Assembly: GCA_965195285.1 (NCBI GenBank)
Contig: CBDAFS010000043.1
Coordinates: 1 to 64,000, forward strand
Origin: an uncultured Aminicenantes bacterium
Lineage (GTDB): Bacteria; Acidobacteriota; Aminicenantia; UBA2199
DNA: 64,000 nucleotides
Reading direction: 5' to 3'
Positions 41,998 to 52,343 of the stretch are shown here, in pieces (position 1 is the first letter of the stretch; each line of letters starts with the position of its first letter). Below the pieces are notes generated by a model. That model saw only the letters and a list, made by a program, of their open reading frames with translations, searched no databases and was not told where the DNA came from. A program made the translations under genes and the position numbers.

Positions 41998-43557
41998 ATG
42001 AAAAAATCAATGACTTGGAAAATCGGATTAATCATACTGGTAATTGGTTTTTCGATTTTTATGTTTTATCCACCCAAAGAAAAGATCAGACTGGGGCTCG
42101 ATTTGAAAGGAGGCATCCATCTGGTTTTGCAGGTCATCACCGATGACGCTATAAAGATTCAAACCGATCAGAACATCGCCCAGCTCAAAAGCCTACTGAG
42201 TGAATCCAGTATCAAATTTGAAAAGATCTCCAGAAAAGATATCAATAAATTCGAGCTGAGCGGAATCGCCTATGAAGATGAAGGCAATATAAAAGATATT
42301 CTGGATGATTATTTCAGAGACTGGAACTATACCTTCTCTACCAGCCGGGTAACCTTAAGCATCAGGCCGAATATTGAAATGCAGATGCGGGATCAATCGG
42401 TAAACCAGGCCCTGGAAACCATTCGGAACCGGATCGATGAATATGGAGTCTCGGAGCCTGTCATCCAGAAAGAATTGCTGAGCGAGGATCGCTTGCTAAT
42501 ACAACTTCCCGGCATTGATGACCCGGGCAGAGTAAAGGATTTGATCAAGAGCACAGCCATGCTCACCTATCATGAAGTGGTTTCCGGGCCCTTCCCCTCC
42601 GAAGAGGAGGCTCTCAAAGAGTACAACAATGCTCTTCCGGAAGATTTCATCATTTTAAGGGAAAAACTCAGCCGAAGCGAAAGAAAAACCGAAAAGAGTT
42701 TTTACGTACTGAATAATAGAGTCATTGTTTCGGGAAATGACATTAAAAATGCCCGACGGGGCACCGATGATTACGGCGGCCCCGCTGTCAGTTTCTCCTT
42801 GAATTCCAAGGGAACCAAACAGTTGGAAAAATATTCCGCAGCCAATATCGGAAAAAAAATGGCTATCGTTCTGGATGAACGAGTCATTATAGTGGCCACC
42901 ATTCAAACCACCCTCTCATACGACAATCGTATCACCGGCGGTTTTACCGCCGAATACGTGGATGACCTGGTATTAAAACTCCGATCGGGCGCCTTACCCG
43001 CCCCACTGAAACCGCTCTTTGAAAGAACCATTGGCCCTTCACTGGGTGCGGACTCCATCCGCAAGGGTATCACTGCCGCCGTTACCGGCCTGATACTGGT
43101 CATGCTATTCATGCTGTTCTATTACAAGGCAGCCGGTATCAACTCGATCGTGGCCTTGACCCTGAACATTGTTATTCTCATGGGTGTTCTGGCCTATTTC
43201 AGGGCCACCCTGACTCTGCCGGGTATTGCCGGAATTATTTTGACCATCGGTATGGCAGTGGATGCCAATGTGCTCATTTTTGAGCGAATCAAGGAGGATC
43301 TCCGCCTGGGTAAATCTCCCAAATCGGCGCTCGACTCCGGATTTAAAAAAGCCTTTGTTACCATATTCGACGCCAATCTAACAACCATTATTGCCGCTAT
43401 ATTCTTGTTTCAATTCGGCACGGGGCCGATCAAAGGCTTTTCGGTAACCCTGATTATTGGAATTGCTGCCAGTATGTTTACCGCGGTTTTCGTCTCCCGG
43501 GTTATATTTGATCTGGTCTACGCCAAAAAGAAAAAATTGCAGAAAATAAGTATCTAA
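41998..43557 (+). CDS. secD: Protein translocase subunit SecD
   Basis: LGLDLKGG, LRSGALP, GMAVDANVLIFERIKE. Confidence 0.97.
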   Translation: MKKSMTWKIGLIILVIGFSIFMFYPPKEKIRLGLDLKGGIHLVLQVITDDAIKIQTDQNIAQLKSLLSESSIKFEKISRKDINKFELSGIAYEDEGNIKDILDDYFRDWNYTFSTSRVTLSIRPNIEMQMRDQSVNQALETIRNRIDEYGVSEPVIQKELLSEDRLLIQLPGIDDPGRVKDLIKSTAMLTYHEVVSGPFPSEEEALKEYNNALPEDFIILREKLSRSERKTEKSFYVLNNRVIVSGNDIKNARRGTDDYGGPAVSFSLNSKGTKQLEKYSAANIGKKMAIVLDERVIIVATIQTTLSYDNRITGGFTAEYVDDLVLKLRSGALPAPLKPLFERTIGPSLGADSIRKGITAAVTGLILVMLFMLFYYKAAGINSIVALTLNIVILMGVLAYFRATLTLPGIAGIILTIGMAVDANVLIFERIKEDLRLGKSPKSALDSGFKKAFVTIFDANLTTIIAAIFLFQFGTGPIKGFSVTLIIGIAASMFTAVFVSRVIFDLVYAKKKKLQKISI

Positions 43558-43570
43558 CAGGAGCAGGAAA

Positions 43571-44731
43571 ATGAAGTTATTTAAAAAAGAACCTGACTTT
43601 AAATTTATGAAGAAAAAGTTTTTTGCTTTTGCACTCTCCTCCCTAATCATGATAACCGGGCTCATCGTGTTCAATACCAAGGGATTCAACCTTGGGATCG
43701 ACTTTACCGGAGGTACACTGGTGGAAGTGAGTTTCAGAACGCCCACCAGCGAGAAAGAATTACGGAATAAACTGGCACGGATCGGTCTGGAGAAATCCAT
43801 CATACAGAGGGTGGGTGAAAAAGAAAACAAGTTTTTCATCAAAACCATAAAATTTTCCACTACCGAAGAAAAATCACTTGATCTGGATGCCCAGGAAAAG
43901 TTCTCCCAGACCATCAAGTTATTGTTGCTGACGGAAGAAGAAAAGGTTCTTCTGGAACAGGGTAAAAAGGATTTGAACAAGACATCTCAGAAAGATATGG
44001 CTGAATTTTTTATGGCCAGGGGAATCCCCGATCAGGAAGCGGAAGCCAGTGCAGAAAAACTGGCTGATCTCCGAAAAAACAATACGTCCGGACTGATCAA
44101 TTCAATGGCTGAAGTCGAAGCGCTTGATCTGAAAAAGACCGTTTTCTCAGCGCTGGAGAAAGACACCTTCCTGGGCAATTTTGTCTTTTTGAGCGTTGAA
44201 ATCGTGGGTCCCCAGGTGGGTTTTGATATGAGGAAAAAAGTCACCCTGGCTGCTATCTGGGCACTACTGGGTATGCTTGTCTACATCGGTTTCAGGTTTC
44301 GCTTCATTTACGGCCTGGCCGCCGTGATCACCCTGTTTCACGATGTGCTGATCAGCCTATCCTTTATCCTATTTTTCAATATAGAATTTTCCCTTCAAGT
44401 GGTAGCTGGCCTGCTTACTATTATTGGTTATTCGTTGAACGACACCATTGTCATCTTTGATCGTGTACGGGATAATGTGAAGATCATGAGAAGAGATAAC
44501 GCCGAACTTATTCTTGACCGAAGTATCAATCAAACCCTGAGCCGGACCATTGTCACTTCAAGTACTACTCTGGTTACGGTCCTGTCCCTGTTTTTTCTTG
44601 GCGGTGAAGTGATTCACACCTTTGCCTTCACCTTAGTTGTGGGTATCCTGGTCGGTACCTATTCATCGATTTTCCAGTCCTGCGTCTGGCTTAAAATCTG
44701 GGAAAAAAGTTTTCTGGGCAAAAAAAAATAA
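43571..44731 (+). CDS. secF: Protein translocase subunit SecF
   Basis: GIDFTGG, GYSLNDTIVIFDRVR, GTYSS; long periplasmic insertion. Confidence 0.96.
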   Translation: MKLFKKEPDFKFMKKKFFAFALSSLIMITGLIVFNTKGFNLGIDFTGGTLVEVSFRTPTSEKELRNKLARIGLEKSIIQRVGEKENKFFIKTIKFSTTEEKSLDLDAQEKFSQTIKLLLLTEEEKVLLEQGKKDLNKTSQKDMAEFFMARGIPDQEAEASAEKLADLRKNNTSGLINSMAEVEALDLKKTVFSALEKDTFLGNFVFLSVEIVGPQVGFDMRKKVTLAAIWALLGMLVYIGFRFRFIYGLAAVITLFHDVLISLSFILFFNIEFSLQVVAGLLTIIGYSLNDTIVIFDRVRDNVKIMRRDNAELILDRSINQTLSRTIVTSSTTLVTVLSLFFLGGEVIHTFAFTLVVGILVGTYSSIFQSCVWLKIWEKSFLGKKK

Positions 44732-44817
44732 ATAAATAAAATGAGACTTGCAATTTAGTTTAATTTGGTATATATATAAATTTTATTAATTATTAATAAT
44801 ATTTAGGGAGGTTTATT

Positions 44818-45561
44818 ATGTTAGAAGACTCGATGCTTGAATCCAGTGGCAAGAAAAAAACTACCAGGAAATGGTTAACCTTCCCGGTTTCATTACTTCT
44901 GCATGGAATAGCCATCTTATCTTTAGTCGTTTTTCCATTATTGAATGCCGACTCAGATTTACCTGAAATAAAAGTATTTGATGTATTCATGTCCACAACT
45001 CCTCCTCCACCCCCACCCCCCCCGCCTCCGGCAAAAAAGAAGGGTAAAAAAAGCAAAAGTAAAGAAAAGGAAGCTCAAAAAGAAGTCGAGCGAAAACCAA
45101 TCATGTCCGGCAGGCTGGTTGCCCCAATTGAAGTTCCAGACGAAATCATAGAAGAAGATGTCAGTGATTTTGGTTTTGAAGGCGGAGTAGAGGGCGGAGT
45201 TGAAGGTGGAGTTGAAGGCGGAGTCGTCGGCGGCGTGCTGGGTGGACTGGGAGATCCTTCTCAGATAACCGAAGCCATTCGGGTGGCCAGTATTCAAAGG
45301 CCCCGGTTAATCCGGAAGATCGAGCCGAAATACCCGGATGTTGCCCTGAGAGCTAGAATTCAGGGCCGGGTGATTATCGAAGCCACTACCGATATTTACG
45401 GAAGGGTCAGGACAGCCAGAGTGGTAAGCGGTCATCCTCTACTCAATAACCCTGCACTGAAAGCAATCCAACAATGGGTTTATGAACCATATATTTTAAA
45501 CGGAATTCCAAAACCGGTAAGATTTACCGTTATTATTACCTTTAATCTTCAAGGGCAATAA
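44818..45561 (+). CDS. tonB: Energy transducer TonB
   Basis: N-terminal TM with SxxxH, polyproline, GGVE repeats, C-terminal PKYP..QW.YEP. Confidence 0.9.
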   Translation: MLEDSMLESSGKKKTTRKWLTFPVSLLLHGIAILSLVVFPLLNADSDLPEIKVFDVFMSTTPPPPPPPPPPAKKKGKKSKSKEKEAQKEVERKPIMSGRLVAPIEVPDEIIEEDVSDFGFEGGVEGGVEGGVEGGVVGGVLGGLGDPSQITEAIRVASIQRPRLIRKIEPKYPDVALRARIQGRVIIEATTDIYGRVRTARVVSGHPLLNNPALKAIQQWVYEPYILNGIPKPVRFTVIITFNLQGQ

Positions 45562-45591
45562 TACCAATAACACACTAAAGGAGGTTTCATT

Positions 45592-46266
45592 ATGTCATTT
45601 GAATTATCATCAATGTGGGCATCAATGGGTGCATTACCCAGACTGGTGGTCCTTGTTATACTGTTCATGTCAGTATATGCTATCGCAATTGGAGTTGAAA
45701 GACTGATTGTATTTAACAAAGCCAAAAAACAGTCTCAAATCTTACTGAGACTGATGAGCAAGCTTTGGCAAGAAGGCAAAATTGACGAATCAATAAAATT
45801 ATGTTCTGATAAAAAATTCAAGAATAGTCACCTTGCTAAAGTATTGGTCGCCGGATTGAACGAACTGCAATATCAGGCAGATTCCAAAGCACCTTTTTCC
45901 GATCAGATTGAAGCGGCAAAAAGAGCCGTCGAAAGAGCAACCATTAAAGGTATTCTGGAATTCAAGAGGGGTATTAATGCTCTGGCAACCATTGGTTCGA
46001 CCGGACCATTTGTTGGATTGTTCGGTACCGTGTTTGGAATCATCACCGCTTTCCAGGGTATTGCTATTTCAGGATCTGGTGGACTGGGTTCCACTGCCCA
46101 GGGAATCGCCGAAGCATTGATCACCACCGGTGCCGGAATCGGAGTCGCGGTTATCGCTGTTTGGTTCTTTAATTTTCTTTTGAACAAAATCGATGTTTTT
46201 ACTGGTGAAATGGCCAATGCTTCTTCCGAGTTGATCGATCATTTCATCAAATTAAAACAGAAATAA
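45592..46266 (+). CDS. exbB: MotA/TolQ/ExbB proton channel
   Basis: GPFVGLFGTVFGI, GIAEALITT. Confidence 0.9.
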   Translation: MSFELSSMWASMGALPRLVVLVILFMSVYAIAIGVERLIVFNKAKKQSQILLRLMSKLWQEGKIDESIKLCSDKKFKNSHLAKVLVAGLNELQYQADSKAPFSDQIEAAKRAVERATIKGILEFKRGINALATIGSTGPFVGLFGTVFGIITAFQGIAISGSGGLGSTAQGIAEALITTGAGIGVAVIAVWFFNFLLNKIDVFTGEMANASSELIDHFIKLKQK

Positions 46267-46278
46267 GGAGCCCGGATA

Positions 46279-46707
46279 ATGGCTAGCAGCGAACTGGGTT
46301 CAACGACTGCGAAATCAGAGCCGAATGTAGTCCCCCTTTGTGATATTCTCCTGGTATTACTGATCATTTTTATGGTGATCACACCAATGATTCAGAAGGG
46401 TGCCAATGTCAGGCTTCCCGAAGCCAAAAACATTTCGGATCAAAAGGAAGCCGGCCAATTGATAACGGTTAGCATCAAAAGAGACGGTACCGTTTATGTT
46501 GGCGATAAAATCGTTGAAGATATCACCAAACTATCAACGATCATTGAAGACACCATGGAGGAAAAGCAAATTACCGACCGCAAGGTCCAGTTAAGAGCCG
46601 ATGTCGAACTGGAGTATGGAAAAATCATTGATGTGATGAATGAAATTAAAAATGCCCGGGTTGAATTATTGGCGCTTCTGGTTGATAAATTCGCAGAGTC
46701 TGACTAA
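46279..46707 (+). CDS. exbD: ExbD/TolR
   Basis: NVVPLCDILLVLLIIFMV, RAD..YG. Confidence 0.9.
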   Translation: MASSELGSTTAKSEPNVVPLCDILLVLLIIFMVITPMIQKGANVRLPEAKNISDQKEAGQLITVSIKRDGTVYVGDKIVEDITKLSTIIEDTMEEKQITDRKVQLRADVELEYGKIIDVMNEIKNARVELLALLVDKFAESD

Positions 46708-46766
46708 AATAATTTTTTTATTTAACTTTTTTACAGAGAGATCACTTCAGTAGGATAAGTTTCCTA

Positions 46767-47657
46767 TTAAACTGGAATTCTGATCTTTATTTTATGAGGT
46801 AACACCTTAATGGTGTACTCAAACTGATCTTTTTCCCCGTATTCCCCATCAATCGTACTGGGGATCTCTTTGTCCAGAGATTTAATGGTGACCGAATCAA
46901 ACTTGTATGATTTATAAAAAGGCAGTTTATGGATATTTCCAGTAAATAATTTTTGAATATGTAAGGATGCGGATACAAGTTTAAACTTGTTTATAATACA
47001 CATATCCAGAAGCTTATCATCGGGCAAGGCAAAGGGGGCAATGATGACATTTCCCCCGTACTGCTTGAAATTGGCAAAAGCCACAAGTGAGATTTCATCC
47101 TGAAACTCGATGTCTCCCAGATTGATCTGGACCCGAAAAGAAGGCCTTTCAAAAACTCCCCGGACCCCGTAATAGATATAGGGCACAATTCCCCTGGATT
47201 TTGATTCCAGGTTGAACCGTTTTGAAATCAATCCATCCAGCCCGATCCCAGCCACGTTCAGGAAAAACCGGTCATTAATCATTCCGGCATCGATATAGAC
47301 GTCCTTCCCGTAGATTAAAACATCCAGGGCCCGTCGCCAGGAAAGTGGGATATGGAGATTCCGAACCAGGCCGTTTCCGGAACCTCCGGGAAGAACTCCC
47401 AGTACTTTTTCCTGGTCTACCAGGGCCGAGGCAATGGAATTTACCGTCCCGTCACCGCCAAAGGCGGTAATGATATCAAATTGATCCAGGGCATTCTTGG
47501 TGATTTCATAACCGTGCTTGGGAGAATTGGAATTTATTATCGAAACCGTATCAAAGTGTTTTCTGAGTTTTTTGAATATAATCGCTGTGGCAATGTCCTT
47601 GCTTACGATACCGGAGGAGGGGTTTAAGATAACCAGAATTTTCTCGTTTCGTTTCAT
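46767..47657 (-). CDS. Diacylglycerol kinase family (YegS-like) lipid kinase
   Basis: NPSSG, GGDGT, PGGSGNG, YGG, IDGE. Confidence 0.92.
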   Translation of the reverse strand: MKRNEKILVILNPSSGIVSKDIATAIIFKKLRKHFDTVSIINSNSPKHGYEITKNALDQFDIITAFGGDGTVNSIASALVDQEKVLGVLPGGSGNGLVRNLHIPLSWRRALDVLIYGKDVYIDAGMINDRFFLNVAGIGLDGLISKRFNLESKSRGIVPYIYYGVRGVFERPSFRVQINLGDIEFQDEISLVAFANFKQYGGNVIIAPFALPDDKLLDMCIINKFKLVSASLHIQKLFTGNIHKLPFYKSYKFDSVTIKSLDKEIPSTIDGEYGEKDQFEYTIKVLPHKIKIRIPV

Positions 47658-47755
47658 ATCACATTATATCATATATCCGTCCCTGGTTTGCCTGGCGAAA
47701 ACCATTGCCTCTCTCCTCTTTCAATATCCGGGAAGAGTGACCTGTGTTGCAAGAC

Positions 47756-49147
47756 TTATTTATCCTGCCCCGTTAAATCCTTGAGCAAGTTAGCCACAAA
47801 TGAATTAAACGATTTCAGGTTTAAATCAAATTCAGAAGAAAAATTGATCTTGATCAAATTATCGTAATAGCGTAAAAATTTATTCCATTCTTTGAAGGAC
47901 AAATAATTGACATTGGTCTCGATGAATAAATTCAAATCGAACAATATGTCTTCCTGGGTAAGATTTCCCTTCTTGTTAAAATAATCATTTATTTTCTGAT
48001 TCAGCTTGGACAGTTTATTTTTCAATTCTCTTGATTGTTCTTTTCGTGAGATGTATCGTTCAAAAATATTGGAACCGGAAATTTCCGGTTTAAACAACTG
48101 GGCAATGGTTTCAATTAAATCTTGAATGGCCAGATCGGAAATCAAGATGATATTCTTGATGATCTTTCTCTTGTTTAACTTCTCATCGGATTCAGCAAAA
48201 AAGTTCGGCAACTCGCCTTCATATATTTTCTGGTATTCCAGATTCAATTCATCATAGACCTTTCTGACTTTTTTCAATAGATCCTTGTCCTTGACCTCTT
48301 TTTGCATGCTGGGTTCCAGGTACTTTTCATAAAAAACGAAAAGGTGCTCCAGGCTTCTTTTCAGAGCCAGTACCAGGGGAATAGTAACATCCACATTCCT
48401 GACCTTTTTCAGGTTCAGCCCGATAAAATTATTGATTCTCAAAATTCGGTATGAGAAAACAAAAAATATTCCCAGATATTTCTTGAGTTCCTTGTTTCGG
48501 ATGGTGGAAATGATATTGGAAATATCCGGCTGATAAATTTTGTCCATCTTGGGAATGAAACGTCTCCTCAATAGAGAAATGATAATGGGATTGCTGATCA
48601 ATTCCTTGTGATAAAGCTTTTTTAGAGAAGAAAAGGTCTTTTGGGGCACCATATCCTCTTTTACCAGTTCAGTGGCCAAAGTCCTGATATTTTGAAGAAA
48701 TATCCGCAAACTGTAAAACCAGGATTCAGGCACATAGACATCACGCAGATATGGCAGGGATTTGACCATGTACGATTCCAGAATGCTCTCTACGATGAAC
48801 TCTTCAAAATTCAGGGAATATTTATCTTTTTTAAAATCCAGGTCTTTCAAATGGGTGATGATTCGTCCCGAAATCTGGTTGAAAGTGGAGAGGTAAAACT
48901 CATAATTTCTCTGATTGGGAACAATAAAGCGGAACATCAATTTTTCCAGATAGGTCGAGGTAAAAAAGGCTTCCATGCTCTCCAGCCAGAGTTTCAGTTC
49001 GAAGAGATTCAGGGTTAGATTCTTCTGGCCGATTTTATTGATCCAATCATAAAAAATGGCATCCCATTTTTCCTCCGGAGTCATCTGAGAAGTTCCCCCG
49101 GGGAAAAAATCCTGTATGTTTTCAATGTCTTTGTCGGGCATGAGCAT
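47756..49147 (-). CDS. Hypothetical helical cytoplasmic protein
   Basis: 463-aa ORF with host-like composition, no recognised motif. Confidence 0.7.
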   Translation of the reverse strand: MLMPDKDIENIQDFFPGGTSQMTPEEKWDAIFYDWINKIGQKNLTLNLFELKLWLESMEAFFTSTYLEKLMFRFIVPNQRNYEFYLSTFNQISGRIITHLKDLDFKKDKYSLNFEEFIVESILESYMVKSLPYLRDVYVPESWFYSLRIFLQNIRTLATELVKEDMVPQKTFSSLKKLYHKELISNPIIISLLRRRFIPKMDKIYQPDISNIISTIRNKELKKYLGIFFVFSYRILRINNFIGLNLKKVRNVDVTIPLVLALKRSLEHLFVFYEKYLEPSMQKEVKDKDLLKKVRKVYDELNLEYQKIYEGELPNFFAESDEKLNKRKIIKNIILISDLAIQDLIETIAQLFKPEISGSNIFERYISRKEQSRELKNKLSKLNQKINDYFNKKGNLTQEDILFDLNLFIETNVNYLSFKEWNKFLRYYDNLIKINFSSEFDLNLKSFNSFVANLLKDLTGQDK

Positions 49148-49224
49148 ATTTTATATAAATAAAATGAAAATTGCAAGAGAAAATCCAATAACATCAGGAA
49201 TTTTTGAGTCAGGGTTTTCGGGCA

Positions 49225-49253
49225 GTGACTCGAGTCCGGATTTCTGTTATAAT
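49225..49253 (+). promoter_or_regulatory. tRNA-Arg promoter
   Basis: GTGACT-N17-TATAAT with extended -10 TG, 8 bp before the tRNA. Confidence 0.65.
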
Positions 49254-49261
49254 GTCCCCCT

Positions 49262-49334
49262 GCGCCCGTAGCTCAATGGATAGAGCGGTAGACTTCGAAT
49301 CTGCGCGTTGGGGGTTCGACTCCCTCCGGGCGTA
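49262..49334 (+). tRNA. tRNA-Arg(TCG), CCA not encoded
   Basis: Acceptor GCGCCCG/CGGGCGT, D-arm GCTC-AATGGATA-GAGC, anticodon arm GTAGA-CTTCGAA-TCTGC, T-arm with GGTTCGACTCC. Confidence 0.96.
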
Positions 49335-49338
49335 TTTG
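49289..49338 (+). repeat. attL core, 50-bp direct repeat
   Basis: TAGACTTCGAATCTGCGCGTTGGGGGTTCGACTCCCTCCGGGCGTATTTG identical to 59497-59546. Confidence 0.95.
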
Positions 49339-49386
49339 AATTATCAAGGGTATCCAGCCCTACACTATAAATTAATCTATCCGGTA

Positions 49387-49406
49387 TGTGTCAAATATGT
49401 GCCAAA
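49387..49406 (+). promoter_or_regulatory. Putative integrase arm-type site pair
   Basis: TGTGTCAAA and TGTGCCAAA 11 bp apart; same pairs at 59385/59396, 62078/62089 and 62157/62168. Confidence 0.65.
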
Positions 49407-49678
49407 CATCCCCTTATTTGGCGTTAGAACACCCCGCTAACATTCAATCTCTTTTGCCATGATATCTGATATAGATTGAAAATTATCGGGCCTCAGAATC
49501 GATTTTTCTGACTTCTAATTAATGACCGATTTGTGCCATGATTCCTATCCATCGATTAATACACAAATTGTATTCAAATCAAGTCACCTGATATATCAAG
49601 CCACTTTATTTCATTCCCTATAAGCTTGATATTTCTTACATTTTATAATAACATATAAAAATCACATGGGGAGTTTTT

Positions 49679-50752
49679 ATGGAAAAGAAAAATGATAAAC
49701 CAAAAAAGAAGCAACCAAAATCTCAAAAGGAAAGTAAACAAAATGAATTAACCATTATAGGACCGCTTGATAAGCAATTGGAATTATTAAAGGATAATTG
49801 GATTCCTATTACTCAAATGGAAAATAGCTTAAAACATTTGACAAAGGGCATTGAAATCGACACATCAAGCTGGACAAACTTACTTGGGAACATGAACAAT
49901 GAATTAACCCAGCCTTTTATTGAACTGCAGAAAGACATAAACATTCTGCAGGAGGAAATATTAAAAACACCAGAAAGAGAGCAACTTGAAAACTATCAAG
50001 AGAAAATTACTGAATTAGAAAAATATAAAAGGCTCAGACATCTTTATAACAGTGTTAATTCAAAAGCTCGAGAAAAATTATCAAAATCTCAATCTTTTGT
50101 TGGCAAGTTTGAATCTGACAAGCCTTTAGAATCGGTAGTTGTTTCAATTGATATAAGGCGTTCAACAGAACTTATGCTTAAGGCAAAGACCCCAAATCAC
50201 TTTGCTCAATTCATAACAGACTTATGCAAAAAGCTAACTGATATTATAATAGAAAATTATGGTGTAATTGACAAATTCACAGGAGATGGTATTTTAGCCT
50301 TTTTCCCTAATTTCTATTCAGGTAAGGATTCATATTATTATGCATTAAAATCTGCAAACGATTGTCATTATTTTTTTCAAAAACACTATGAAGAATCAAG
50401 AACATGTTTTACAACTATCTTAAAAGACATTGGTCTTGGAATAGGAATTGACAGTGGTTTAGTCAACCTCGCAAAAATAAATAATGAACTGACTGTTGTT
50501 GGTACACCAGTCGTTTATGCTTGCCGTTTATCGGGAACTGATCCTGGAATCACACTTGTAAATCAATCTGCAATGGAAACAATCTCCAATTTATATAGCA
50601 AGCATATAAGAATTGAAGACTCAGAAATACCAATAAAACATGAGGGCAGAGTATTAGGGTATTTAATTGATTTAAACTTCAAAGCAATTGAACCTGAAAT
50701 TCCTGATTGGAAAAAATTCCCTGATGATAAAACTGAAGACAAAAAAAAGTAA
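49679..50752 (+). CDS. Class III adenylate/guanylate cyclase domain protein with N-terminal coiled coil
   Basis: SIDIRRST, IDKFTGDG, GIGIDSG, TVVGTPVVYACRL. Confidence 0.88.
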   Translation: MEKKNDKPKKKQPKSQKESKQNELTIIGPLDKQLELLKDNWIPITQMENSLKHLTKGIEIDTSSWTNLLGNMNNELTQPFIELQKDINILQEEILKTPEREQLENYQEKITELEKYKRLRHLYNSVNSKAREKLSKSQSFVGKFESDKPLESVVVSIDIRRSTELMLKAKTPNHFAQFITDLCKKLTDIIIENYGVIDKFTGDGILAFFPNFYSGKDSYYYALKSANDCHYFFQKHYEESRTCFTTILKDIGLGIGIDSGLVNLAKINNELTVVGTPVVYACRLSGTDPGITLVNQSAMETISNLYSKHIRIEDSEIPIKHEGRVLGYLIDLNFKAIEPEIPDWKKFPDDKTEDKKK

Positions 50753-50763
50753 TACTTCAAGCG

Positions 50764-51870
50764 TCAATCTGAACTTTTTAATGCCTTATTTTTAAAACCT
50801 AAATTCATTGGAATGAGCTTTTTTACTGCCTTCTGCATCTGGATGAAATTTGAATGCGTATAAACAGCAGTTGTAGAAAGATTGGCATGACCAAGAAGGG
50901 ATGAAACAGTTTGGACATCTGCCCCACTATGGAGGAGGTTGGAGGCAAAACTGTGGCGCAATGTATACATGACTCCATCTATTTTTAGTGCTTTCTTCAA
51001 TTTTAACCACTGTAGCCTGAAGGCCTCTGAGCGCCGCTGTGTAGTGTTTATGATAAAGACACTATCTCTGGGCAAACTCATTAAAAGTTGATAGAGAATT
51101 TTGTGTATAGGTACTAACCGTTCTTTTCCCGTTTTACTCTTTCGGATTATCAATGAATCCTCTTTGATATCATCCCAGCGCAGGTTGAATATCTCCCCGG
51201 CCCTCATTCCGGTATAAGCGGCAATCATGAGGAAGGGGAAGAAATAGAGTTGTGAGGGAGATGTGGCATTTTCAGATATGCCCCGGGCATACTCCAGGAT
51301 TTCCTGGATCTGGTCTGGTGTATAGTATTCACTGCGCCGGGCTTCCTGGTAGTATTTCACATTAGATACAGGATTGCGGCCATCATAATCACCATCCTTT
51401 ATCAGCAGATTGATGGCTGATTTCAGCAGGGCCAGATACCGGTTTACAGTGGTTCCACTGATGCTCCTGCTTCTCTTCAGATACCCTTTCAGCTCTTCAA
51501 TTCTGGAAGGCTTGATGTCTTTCACCAGTATTCCAGCTCCAAAAAACTTAAGGATGATATCACGTTTGGCCCGGTCGTTTTGAAATGACTTTGAGTCTTT
51601 ATTGATTTCTGAATACTTCAGCCAGCGGTTAATGGCATCCTCCAAGGAAATATTTCCACTCAGGCCATAAGCTTCCTTCAAAATATCATCATAGACCTTC
51701 TGGGCCAATTGTTGGGCCATGGCCTTGTTTCCGGTCCTGAGAGAGGGGCGGTATCGTATTCCCTTGATTGAAAAATCCACATACCAGCTCTTCCTCCGTT
51801 TGAATAACGTGTAAGACATTGTATTCATAATATTCTTTTTTTTTTGATTTTCAACTTCACCCCGGCTCAC
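50764..51870 (-). CDS. Tyrosine integrase
   Basis: N-terminal arm-binding WYVDF..RYR.SLRT, TVNRYLA, TGMRAGE, KTGK, YTLRHS, LGH, TAVY. Confidence 0.95.
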   Translation of the reverse strand: MSRGEVENQKKKNIMNTMSYTLFKRRKSWYVDFSIKGIRYRPSLRTGNKAMAQQLAQKVYDDILKEAYGLSGNISLEDAINRWLKYSEINKDSKSFQNDRAKRDIILKFFGAGILVKDIKPSRIEELKGYLKRSRSISGTTVNRYLALLKSAINLLIKDGDYDGRNPVSNVKYYQEARRSEYYTPDQIQEILEYARGISENATSPSQLYFFPFLMIAAYTGMRAGEIFNLRWDDIKEDSLIIRKSKTGKERLVPIHKILYQLLMSLPRDSVFIINTTQRRSEAFRLQWLKLKKALKIDGVMYTLRHSFASNLLHSGADVQTVSSLLGHANLSTTAVYTHSNFIQMQKAVKKLIPMNLGFKNKALKSSD

Positions 51871-52124
51871 TCATTCAATTTCATAATGCTGATGTGTTTA
51901 TCAATAATACGTTTGGTAAGAATTCGCTTTTTTATTTTTTGTTCAGCCTCAATCATTCTCAGTCTACCCGGTCTCGAATTCTCTTCCATGAAAGTCTCCA
52001 CATCAGAATGTCTGTATTTAACCCGCTTCCCGATCCGGACAGTTCGTATGGGCAAAAGGGCAAGCGTGGGGCGGCTGACTTTCAGCACTTTGCATACCTC
52101 CTTTGGTTCTAGGATTTCAATCAT
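51867..52124 (-). CDS. Excisionase-like HTH protein
   Basis: LEPKEVCKVLKVSRPTL, VRIGKRVKY; ATGA overlap with integrase. Confidence 0.75.
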   Translation of the reverse strand: MIEILEPKEVCKVLKVSRPTLALLPIRTVRIGKRVKYRHSDVETFMEENSRPGRLRMIEAEQKIKKRILTKRIIDKHISIMKLNE

Positions 52125-52343
52125 TTATTCAATAACTATATCCTTCCGATTCGGGTCTCTCCACTGGTCATACATACGCCCATGTGTTTCTGTTTCTCCA
52201 GCCCATATAAAATCAGGGTGTTCTTTTTGGTATTTTTCACGCTCTGATTGAAGAGAAATACTCACATAACGAATAACAATTTTCTTTTTCTTCACTCCAA
52301 CAATTGATTCCAACTGTTTGAGCCGTCTGTGTAGTTCTCTCAT
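52125..52343 (-). CDS. Hypothetical protein
   Basis: Coupled to both neighbours; LHRRLKQLE N-terminus typical of satellite/phage small ORFs. Confidence 0.65.
   Translation of the reverse strand: MRELHRRLKQLESIVGVKKKKIVIRYVSISLQSEREKYQKEHPDFIWAGETETHGRMYDQWRDPNRKDIVIE

Noticed and set aside
45001-45246. Polyproline tract and 12-bp GGVE tandem repeats
   Set aside because: Ordinary TonB linker coding repeats; no spacers, not a CRISPR array
49204-49440. 78-aa ORF, and the similar 62336-62539 ORF
   Set aside because: Translations of tRNA/att sequence (shared SARWGFDSLRAY), not proteins
49679-50752. Complete Pycsar system
   Set aside because: No cNMP-binding TM or TIR effector next to the cyclase
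51836-51845. T10 run near the integrase 5' end as a phase-variation switch
   Set aside because: Homopolymer runs are common in this AT-rich sequence, and in-frame ATGs follow downstream of the run
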